Positions 35,165-42,836 of a stretch of DNA of 64,000 bases are shown here, piece by piece (the stretch's first letter is position 1; each line of letters begins with the position of its first letter). The notes below the pieces were generated by a model. That model had not been told where the DNA came from, did not search any database, and saw only the letters and a program-made list of their open reading frames with translations. Source of the stretch: Candidatus Omnitrophota bacterium (GTDB taxonomy: Bacteria > Omnitrophota > Gorgyraeia > B26-G9); NCBI GenBank assembly GCA_018817585.1, contig JAHITE010000081.1:4549-68548 (forward strand). Reading direction: 5' to 3'. Both the position numbers and the translations under genes were made by a program.

Positions 35165-36895
35165 TTATTTCCTTCCCTGCAAATTAAACATTTGCTTAAT
35201 TTCTTCTACGGTAGTAGCATCTTTGGCTGCCTTATCAATGCGGATAAAACCTACTGTACGCGGGAAGCGCAAAGCATAACCAGTATCATCCTTACTATCT
35301 TTACCGCATGTATGCACCGGACTTTGAGTGATTTCATCAGCCTGGACTTCCACTACATAGAGCGGATCAACCCACACATCAGGCACAATTAAGGACTCAA
35401 CATTTTTCGGCATAAAATTTATTTTGATTTTATCAAGAGTTTCCTTAAACCGGACTAATTCATCGTCACTTAATCCAGTACCTATTTTAGCAATTGTTTT
35501 AAACCTGCCTACCGTTGGATCATAAACAGCAGCTAATAGGGATCCAATGCCAAATGCCGCTCTCAATCCTTTGCCAAAAAAATAGCCGATAATAACACAA
35601 TCAATCGTATCATTTAAATTGTCGGAATACGACTGTTTTAATTTTATCCAATTAAAATTTCTTCCTCCGGCCTTATATTCACCATCCAGGCGTTTGGCAA
35701 CAATGCCTTCCCGGCCCTGGGCAATAGCATCTTCAAATATTTCAGTTAAACGCTGGGCTGTTTTTACTTCTTCAACCGGAGATAATTCCAAAACCTTGCC
35801 TTTTTTGATCAACTCTGACATAATCTGCCGTCTTTGACTAAAAGCATACTGAGTTAAATCTTTATCCGCGTACAAAAGATCAAACACAAAAATCTTCAAA
35901 GGAAATTTTTCCCGAATGGATTCAATGCCATGCTTGCGCTTTCGCTGTACAGTTGTCTGAAAAGGCAAACACTGTCCGGTAGCTGGATCATAAGCCAAAG
36001 CTTCACCCTCGAAAATCACATTGCTTTCTTTTATCTGATCAAGAGTCCCCTGAATAATCTCCGGAAACATATGAGTTGTATTTTCCAGATTACGCGAAAA
36101 AATCTGAACTTTGTTGCCCATTTTATGCACTTGACAGCGGAACCCGTCATATTTTTCTTCCACAGCGCAAGTTCCGATTTTTTCAATAATCTCTTCTGGT
36201 CCGGATAATCGCGCTGCCAAGGCAACCCGAATCGGACAGCCGACCATTACTTTAAAATCAATAATACTGCTAATCCCCTTGGTAAATAATATTTTCGCCA
36301 CCAAGCCAAGATCAGAACAAAGATTATAAGCCCGCTCCAAATCCGGGCGTAAAAGTTTATCCTGATTATAGGCAAGGGAAAGACTGTCTAAAACAGTAGG
36401 ATCACCTACCCCCAATCTCAGCTTGCCTAAAATTATCCGAATAATATATTTTGCCTCAAGCGGACTGGCATTTTTTAATAAATCAGCAAGAAATTCGATT
36501 TTACGAGCCACTGATCCATCACCGGAAAACTCAGCGAGTTTTTCTAAATTCGCGTAAACCTGACTAATACTTAAAACTTCTAAATGATCTAAACAAACCT
36601 TTTCCGCGACTAATCCATAATCCCCAAGCTGATGAACCATTGCTTCAATATCATTTGATATCCCGCCGGTTGCCTGAACAATAGCGCGATGAATAAGTTT
36701 TTCACTGATTCCAAACTCAATATTGCGAAATGAAGGCAACAGCTGCCCCTGCGTAAGATAGATAATTTCATCTATTTTTTCTTTTTCTACTGGATCAAGA
36801 TTAGTAAAAAGCTCAGCTAAAATATCAGTCATCTCCAGCCGTTTAGCGGTATTTTCCAGCTTTTGAAAATAAGCAGCCAGTTGTTTAAATTTCAT
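35165..36895 (-). CDS. lig: ATP-dependent DNA ligase (with N-terminal DNA-binding domain)
   Basis: Motif I EEKYDGFR.Q, FSRN, EGE, FDLLY, EGIVAK, WIKLK, ALRFPR. Confidence 0.95.
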   Translation of the reverse strand: MKFKQLAAYFQKLENTAKRLEMTDILAELFTNLDPVEKEKIDEIIYLTQGQLLPSFRNIEFGISEKLIHRAIVQATGGISNDIEAMVHQLGDYGLVAEKVCLDHLEVLSISQVYANLEKLAEFSGDGSVARKIEFLADLLKNASPLEAKYIIRIILGKLRLGVGDPTVLDSLSLAYNQDKLLRPDLERAYNLCSDLGLVAKILFTKGISSIIDFKVMVGCPIRVALAARLSGPEEIIEKIGTCAVEEKYDGFRCQVHKMGNKVQIFSRNLENTTHMFPEIIQGTLDQIKESNVIFEGEALAYDPATGQCLPFQTTVQRKRKHGIESIREKFPLKIFVFDLLYADKDLTQYAFSQRRQIMSELIKKGKVLELSPVEEVKTAQRLTEIFEDAIAQGREGIVAKRLDGEYKAGGRNFNWIKLKQSYSDNLNDTIDCVIIGYFFGKGLRAAFGIGSLLAAVYDPTVGRFKTIAKIGTGLSDDELVRFKETLDKIKINFMPKNVESLIVPDVWVDPLYVVEVQADEITQSPVHTCGKDSKDDTGYALRFPRTVGFIRIDKAAKDATTVEEIKQMFNLQGRK

Positions 36896-36898
36896 AAA

Positions 36899-37351
36899 TC
36901 ACTCGTATCCTTGTTTCCTAATCAGCTGCAGCGCTTTTTCCACAACCCCGCGCTCAGACTCAAAACTCAGTTTTTCTAAAGCTTTATCTATTGGCAGCCA
37001 TTCTACAGCATCAACTTCTCGATCATATTCCCGCGAAACCGTAGCCAGTTTTTTCATTAAAAAAAAGCGTACTGTTTTATCAAGCTCTAATTGGCGTTTT
37101 GGGTCAGTGTATTTATAATAAATGTCTTTAATATGTTCAATTATTATCGCTTTTACCCCTGTCTCTTCCGCTACTTCCCGGATTGCTGCCTGCTCAGAAG
37201 TTTCCCCGGATTCAAGCTTTCCCTTGGGCAAACACCACTCTGTCGCGTTTTTCCGGCTATATATTACAATCATCGGCAGCTGCTTGATAAAATTAAATAC
37301 AACCGCGCCGGCGGAAATTTCCTGTTTAGTTTTATACATAAACACACTCAT
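36899..37351 (-). CDS. NUDIX hydrolase
   Basis: Nudix box PKGKLESGETSEQAAIREVAEETG. Confidence 0.92.
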   Translation of the reverse strand: MSVFMYKTKQEISAGAVVFNFIKQLPMIVIYSRKNATEWCLPKGKLESGETSEQAAIREVAEETGVKAIIIEHIKDIYYKYTDPKRQLELDKTVRFFLMKKLATVSREYDREVDAVEWLPIDKALEKLSFESERGVVEKALQLIRKQGYE

Positions 37352-37353
37352 TA

Positions 37354-38286
37354 TTATTCTTCAGGCAAAACCACTTGATTTTTTTCCTGAGATAAATATT
37401 GCTCTAAGGCCTGTTTCCAAAGACAAAGCTTTTTACCTGTAATTTTCTCAAACCGGCTTTTATCCATCACGGAAAACTTCGGTCTTTTCGCGGCACGCGC
37501 TATATAATCAGAATCAACCGGCTCAAGCTTTGCCTTTATTCCGGTTAATTCCAGGATTGCCTGCGCGAATTCAAACCAGCTGCATTGTCCGGAATTACTC
37601 ACATGGTAAATCCCATAGCTAGATTGCTCTGATTCAGATTGAAAAACCGATTTAGTCAGCCAAAACAAAGCTTGGGCTAAACTCAAGGTATATGTAGGCG
37701 ATCCGATTTGATCATTTACAACTTTAAGATCTCCATCAGCTCGCGCCTTATTAACAATTGCTTTAACAAAATTTTTCCCCTTAGTTCCAAACAGCCAGCT
37801 GGTTCTTACAATAATATACTCCGTCAAGCAAGCAGCAACGCGCTGTTCTGCTGCTAATTTGGAACATCCATAATAATTAAGCGGATAGGGTTTATCGGTT
37901 TCAATATAAGCAGTTTTTTTATTTCCATCAAACACATAATCAGTACTGATAAAAATCAGTTTCGCGTTATACTGCTGACATAAAAAAGCAATGTTCTCTG
38001 TTCCCAGAACATTCACTGCTTTTGCCTGTTCCTGCTCTGACTCAGCGAGATCAACATTAGTAAAAGCCGCGCCATGAATTACCATCCACGGTTTTATCTG
38101 TAAAAATAAAGCCTCCAGATCTTTTCGCTGAGTTATATCAGCTAAAAAAACTCTCGGTTTATCAGTGTCCGGATTTATATCAATACCGTAGACTTCATAA
38201 TCAGAATCAAATACTTGGCTTAAGTCCTGGCCAAGCATGCCCTGAATCCCTGTAATTAAGATCTTTTTTTTAATTTTTCCCATCAT
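37354..38286 (-). CDS. rfbD: dTDP-4-dehydrorhamnose reductase
   Basis: ITG.QGMLG, AAFTNVD.AE, ISTDYVFDG, YG.SK, VNDQIGSPT, A.RP.FS. Confidence 0.95.
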   Translation of the reverse strand: MMGKIKKKILITGIQGMLGQDLSQVFDSDYEVYGIDINPDTDKPRVFLADITQRKDLEALFLQIKPWMVIHGAAFTNVDLAESEQEQAKAVNVLGTENIAFLCQQYNAKLIFISTDYVFDGNKKTAYIETDKPYPLNYYGCSKLAAEQRVAACLTEYIIVRTSWLFGTKGKNFVKAIVNKARADGDLKVVNDQIGSPTYTLSLAQALFWLTKSVFQSESEQSSYGIYHVSNSGQCSWFEFAQAILELTGIKAKLEPVDSDYIARAAKRPKFSVMDKSRFEKITGKKLCLWKQALEQYLSQEKNQVVLPEE

Positions 38287-38292
38287 TTTGAA

Positions 38293-38404
38293 TTATTTTT
38301 CATACCATTCTAAAACCTGATCAAAATCAAATACAGGTTTAAATCCTAATTTTTTGAATATCCAAACTATATTTTCGGTCATGCCCTAATCTGTCGGGAA
38401 CATA
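38293..38404 (-). pseudogene. rfbB: C-terminal remnant of dTDP-glucose 4,6-dehydratase
   Basis: Manual translation gives YVPDRLGHDRKYSLDIQKI, then after a frame change KLGFKPVFDFDQVLEWYEK*. This matches the RmlB DRxGHDxRY..D..KI..LG..P...F.....WY motif and lies directly upstream of rfbD. Confidence 0.8.
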
Positions 38405-38445
38405 AACATACCTTTAACTTAGATTTCAAGAGGACATAGACCCAA

Positions 38446-38474
38446 ATTTTAGCACAGAAAGCACTGAGTGTCAA
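38446..38474 (-). promoter_or_regulatory. sigma70 promoter for the rfbD-NUDIX-lig-amrS unit
   Basis: TTGACA-17 nt-TAAAAT with extended TG. Confidence 0.7.
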
Positions 38475-38512
38475 ATAATCATCTCTGCGGAAAAAATGAA
38501 TTTTTCGCCAAA

Positions 38513-38547
38513 TTTTCCCGCTTTTCCCGCTTTTCCCGCTTTTCCCC
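38513..38547. repeat. Tandem repeat (TTTTCCCGC)x3 + TTTTCCCC
   Basis: 9-nt period; four G3/G4 runs on the minus strand; abuts a -35 element. Confidence 0.85.
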
Positions 38548-38576
38548 TTGCTAATCCGCAGATTTTCAAGTATACT
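38548..38576 (+). promoter_or_regulatory. sigma70 promoter of the GH94 gene
   Basis: TTGCTA-17 nt-TATACT. Confidence 0.65.
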
Positions 38577-38642
38577 ATGCCTTTGTTTAATAAATATTTA
38601 ATTATCCAGCTATTATTATTTGATTTATAAAAATAGAGTATT

Positions 38643-41363
38643 ATGAAAAATCAATTATGGCAATTTACAAATCGTAACGGAGATTTTACTTTTCCGGATG
38701 CGCATAAGATCAGCCGCCTATACTTCCCGCTGGCTAATGAAGCGGAATTTATGTCTTCAATCACTCCTCTGCTGAGAGGCGATATTAAAATCGGGCAAAA
38801 CAACTTTTTAATGCAGCCGATCACCAGCGAGGATCTGAGCAGCTCTTTTTCCGGAAGAAATTTCTGGGTTTATCTTAATCCCCATACTTACTGGTCAATA
38901 AGCGGCGCCCCTTACTCCTGTAGTCCTGAAGAAAGCGTAAATTTAAAAGCCGGGATTCTCTGGCATGGAATAAAACGTTCGAATGAAAAGATCGGGCTCA
39001 GCGCTGAAGTAACTAATTTTATTCCCGCAAAAGGTGAGCATGTAGAATTAATGACCATAAAAATCACTAATATTTCGGCGCGGGCAATTACTTTTACTCC
39101 GACAAGCGCGATTCCGATATTCGGCCGTTCTGCTGACAATTTACGCGATCACCGGCATGTTACCAGTTTGCTGCACCGCACCGCTTTGACCAAAAACGGA
39201 ATTATCATTAAGCCGGAAATGTCTTTTGATGAACGCGGACATGAAATAAATTATTTTTCCTATTTTGTTATTGGCTGCGATGAAAACAGTAATTTACCTG
39301 TGGGGCAATTCCCGTCTATTGAATCTTTTATTGGTGAAGGCGGCAATCTAATCGCTCCCAGAGCAATCATGGAAAACCTAACTCCGTTTAAAAAAATCGA
39401 AAACCGTCATCATGGAAAAGAATCAATCGGAGCTTTACGCTTTCAAACTAAAACCTTGATTCCTGATGAATCAATTACGTATATTCTTATGCTCGGAATC
39501 GCCCAGAATAAAAATGAGTTCAATAAGATATTTAAACGCTTTAACGGAAAAGAAAAAGTTAAAAACGCTTTAACGGAAAATATAGATTATTGGAAAAAAA
39601 GGATTGACGCGATTAGTTTTTGCACTGGAGAAATCACTAATGATAATTGGCTGCGCTGGGTCACCCTGCAGCCTATTTTAAGAAAGATCTTCGGCTGTTC
39701 ATTTTTGCCTGATTTTGATTATGGCCGCGGCGGAAAAGGCTGGCGGGATTTATGGCAGGACTGCTTAACCCTTATTCTCGCCCATCCGCAGCAGACCCGG
39801 GATATTCTGGCAGCAAACTTTTCAGGCATTAGGATTGATGGAACCAATGCCACGATCATTACCAAAAAGCTAGGTGTATTTATATCAGACCGCAATAAGA
39901 TCAGCCGAGTATGGATGGATCATGGTGTTTGGCCTTTATTTACTTTAGAGTTATATATTCACCAAACCGGTGATTTTGATATACTGTTTGAACATTGCTC
40001 TTATTTTTATGATTCTCAGCTTTCCCGGGCTAAGGACATTGATTTAAACTGGAATCCGAAACTTAAACACAGCAAACAACTGCATACCAAAGACGGACAT
40101 GTTTATAGCGGCACTATTCTTGAACATACTTTAGTCCAGCATTTGGTGCAATTTTTTAATGTAGGCAAACACAATAATATCCGATTAGAAGACGCTGATT
40201 GGAATGACGGTTTGGACATGGCTAGTGAAAAAGGTGAAAGCGTTGCCTTTACCTGTTTTTATGCTCGAAATATCTATGAGATTTCCATGCTTTTGATTGA
40301 ACTGAAAAAAAAGAGAAAAAAGAAAAACATCGTGATTTCCAAAGAGCTGTATCTCCTGCTGGATACTTTGCATAAGAATCCTGTGAATTACAATAGCGTT
40401 GAGAAAAAAACCGCTTTATTACATCAATATTTCAAGGCAGTTAAATACCGGGTCTCCGGGAAAAAAGTTTCAGTTAAAATTGATGATCTTATTTCCGACT
40501 TATCACAAAAATGGCAATGGTTATTTGCCCATGTCCGCAAAAAAGAATGGATTAACATCAACAACCAAATCGGCTTTTTTAATGGATATTACAATAATAA
40601 GAGCAAACGGGTCGAAGGCAAAATAAACGGTCAAATGCGCATGACTCTCACCGGACAGGTATTCCCAATTATGAGCGGCGCGGCTTCAAAAAAACAAATA
40701 AAACATATTTATTCCGCGGCCAACAAATACCTTAAAGATAAAAAACTAAATGCTTTTCGCCTGAACACAAACTTTAAGAACCCGCAGTTTGATTTAGGAC
40801 GCGCTTTTGCTTTTTCCTATGGGGATAAGGAAAATGGGGCGATATTCAGCCATATGTGCGTTATGTTTGCTTATGCGCTTTATCAACGCAACTTTGTAAA
40901 AGAAGGTTATACTGTTTTAAACAGTTTATTCGAGCTAGCGACTAACACCAATGTCAGCAAAATTTATCCTTGTCTGCCGGAATATTTTAATCTTGAAGGA
41001 AAAGGTCTTTACTCTTATTTAACTGGATCAGCCAGCTGGTATATTTTAACCATGCTCACTGAAGTTTTTGGAATTAAAGGACATTTTGGGGATCTGGTAA
41101 TTGAACCAAAGCTTACCCGCGAACAATTCAGCAATACTGATACAGTATCTACTTCCTGCTATTTTGCCGATAGACGGATAAGCATTATTATTCAAAACCC
41201 CACTAAATTAGAATACGCTGATTACAAAATAATCAGTTTAAAGATAAAACCAACGCAGGTTGATTATAAAAAAGTTTCTGCGAATAAAATAAAAATTCTT
41301 CGCAAGAATATTACTGAATTCCCCAAGAATACGCATATTACCATTGAAGTACTCCTGGGATAA
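38643..41363 (+). CDS. GH94 glycoside phosphorylase, laminaribiose phosphorylase-like
   Basis: LYFPLANE..MS.ITP.L.G.I..G.N.FLM.P, RSADNLRDHRHVTSLL, DYGRGGKGWRDLWQD, ADWNDGLD (catalytic Asp), KENGAIFSHM, YLTGSASW. Confidence 0.88.
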   Translation: MKNQLWQFTNRNGDFTFPDAHKISRLYFPLANEAEFMSSITPLLRGDIKIGQNNFLMQPITSEDLSSSFSGRNFWVYLNPHTYWSISGAPYSCSPEESVNLKAGILWHGIKRSNEKIGLSAEVTNFIPAKGEHVELMTIKITNISARAITFTPTSAIPIFGRSADNLRDHRHVTSLLHRTALTKNGIIIKPEMSFDERGHEINYFSYFVIGCDENSNLPVGQFPSIESFIGEGGNLIAPRAIMENLTPFKKIENRHHGKESIGALRFQTKTLIPDESITYILMLGIAQNKNEFNKIFKRFNGKEKVKNALTENIDYWKKRIDAISFCTGEITNDNWLRWVTLQPILRKIFGCSFLPDFDYGRGGKGWRDLWQDCLTLILAHPQQTRDILAANFSGIRIDGTNATIITKKLGVFISDRNKISRVWMDHGVWPLFTLELYIHQTGDFDILFEHCSYFYDSQLSRAKDIDLNWNPKLKHSKQLHTKDGHVYSGTILEHTLVQHLVQFFNVGKHNNIRLEDADWNDGLDMASEKGESVAFTCFYARNIYEISMLLIELKKKRKKKNIVISKELYLLLDTLHKNPVNYNSVEKKTALLHQYFKAVKYRVSGKKVSVKIDDLISDLSQKWQWLFAHVRKKEWININNQIGFFNGYYNNKSKRVEGKINGQMRMTLTGQVFPIMSGAASKKQIKHIYSAANKYLKDKKLNAFRLNTNFKNPQFDLGRAFAFSYGDKENGAIFSHMCVMFAYALYQRNFVKEGYTVLNSLFELATNTNVSKIYPCLPEYFNLEGKGLYSYLTGSASWYILTMLTEVFGIKGHFGDLVIEPKLTREQFSNTDTVSTSCYFADRRISIIIQNPTKLEYADYKIISLKIKPTQVDYKKVSANKIKILRKNITEFPKNTHITIEVLLG

Positions 41364-41367
41364 ACTT

Positions 41368-41485
41368 CACCCAGGTCACCTGGGTCACAAGTTAAAAGCA
41401 TTAAGTAAACAATTACGAGTTATGAGTGACGAATTAAAAAGCCTAAAACTTAAAACTCATAATTCATCACTCGTAATTCATAACT
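41368..41485. repeat. Compound short-period inverted repeats between convergent genes (probable terminator)
   Basis: ACCCAGGT-c-ACCTGGGT hairpin with GTCACAAG unit, then 7-nt-period arms AATTACGAGT(41411-20)/ACTCGTAATT(41469-78). Confidence 0.7.
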
Positions 41486-41494
41486 ATTTTTAAG

Positions 41495-42460
41495 TTAGAG
41501 CGGAATAAAAAAAGACATGATTGTCACAAAAAGCGGTACAGTAATAATCCCGCAAACATGGGTTAAAAACACGGCCTGAGTTATATAACCGCATGATTCA
41601 CTTTGCTTAAACGAAACAACGCTAAGATTAATTGCTGCCGGCATAGCAGCTTCAATCAGGAGTAATATAGACATATATTTCGGCAGTTTCAAAAAAACAA
41701 CTATAAACAAAACAATCGCCGGAACAACTACTAATTTCAGGATAACTGTTTTTAGCAATAAACCGGAATTTAATTTATAAACCTTACCACCGTCACAAGC
41801 CGCTAAAATAGCTCCCAAAACAATCAAAGCAACCGGCAAAGTACATCCCCCGACCAAATCAGTGGCTTGTAAAAATAGTTTAGGGATATAGATTTTAAGA
41901 TTTAAGCAAAGAATCAGCCCTGCAAAAATTAATGCTAAAAAAGGCGGATTTAATATTTTCTTAAATTCGAATTTTATTTTTTTCTCACTGTTTAAAAACT
42001 GAATGCCCAAGCTCCAGAATATAAGATTATACCCCTGGATAAAAAGAAATATATAGGTAAACAAGACACTGGTTTGTTTTTCCGAAAATATAGACATCAC
42101 AAGGATTAAGGGCAAATAACCGCAGTTCTGAAATGAAACAATACTCGCTAATTCATTTTTCTGAACAATGCTTTTATCAAATTGGAGAAAAACCTTAGCT
42201 GCAATAAAGCCAATCAGACAAATAATCATTCCTAAAAACGGATAAAGCCACCAGTCCTTAGGATCAGTAAAACTAAACTTTTTAATTAAATGACTGAAAA
42301 TCATTGCCGGTAAAAAAAGATTTATGATTAGATTGGATAAGCCGCTGATCGCCGTTTTATCCAGTAATTTCCATCTAAAAAATAAAAAACCGCAAAGCGC
42401 GATTGTGAAAATCTGGAGCATTGCCGTAAAAACAGTGTAAAATGTAAGTAAAAATTCCAT
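41495..42460 (-). CDS. AEC (auxin efflux carrier) family transporter
   Basis: About 10 TM segments, FLPAMIF, F.NCGYLP, LNPP, P.ALIVLG, EAAMPAA. Confidence 0.9.
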   Translation of the reverse strand: MEFLLTFYTVFTAMLQIFTIALCGFLFFRWKLLDKTAISGLSNLIINLFLPAMIFSHLIKKFSFTDPKDWWLYPFLGMIICLIGFIAAKVFLQFDKSIVQKNELASIVSFQNCGYLPLILVMSIFSEKQTSVLFTYIFLFIQGYNLIFWSLGIQFLNSEKKIKFEFKKILNPPFLALIFAGLILCLNLKIYIPKLFLQATDLVGGCTLPVALIVLGAILAACDGGKVYKLNSGLLLKTVILKLVVVPAIVLFIVVFLKLPKYMSILLLIEAAMPAAINLSVVSFKQSESCGYITQAVFLTHVCGIITVPLFVTIMSFFIPL

Positions 42461-42567
42461 GAGATTAGTTTTGGTTAAATTTATTTTTTGATTTTTCTTA
42501 AAAGAGAATCACTATAAAGGATTCCGCGTAAAGTCAACAAGAATATCAGCAGATGGCTTATTCAGAA

Positions 42568-42747
42568 TTAAATAGTAATTACCTTACCAAGCAGATACAC
42601 ATCTATAGCTCCTCCAAGCAGTTGCGAAGGAATACTCGTTGAATTACCAACGCAGATATTCACCATTTCTTTAATGATGTCTGCTTCTTCAGCTGTGAGT
42701 GTAGAGTTTTTTCTTTTATAACTTTCTAAATCATAACATGTTAGCAT
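42568..42747 (-). pseudogene. 59-aa CheC/FliY-like fragment
   Basis: Manual translation gives MLTCYDLESYKRKNSTLTAEEADIIKEMVNICVGNSTSIPSQLLGGAIDVYLLGKVITI*, with the D..KE..NI..GN....SQLLG..ID signature of the first CheC repeat. Confidence 0.6.
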
Positions 42748-42836
42748 ATATTTGTAAAGAATTTATTCGATAAAAAGAAATAAAAAGAAATAATTACATT
42801 GTTTTATCTCTTGATTTAGCCTATAATTAAGTGATT

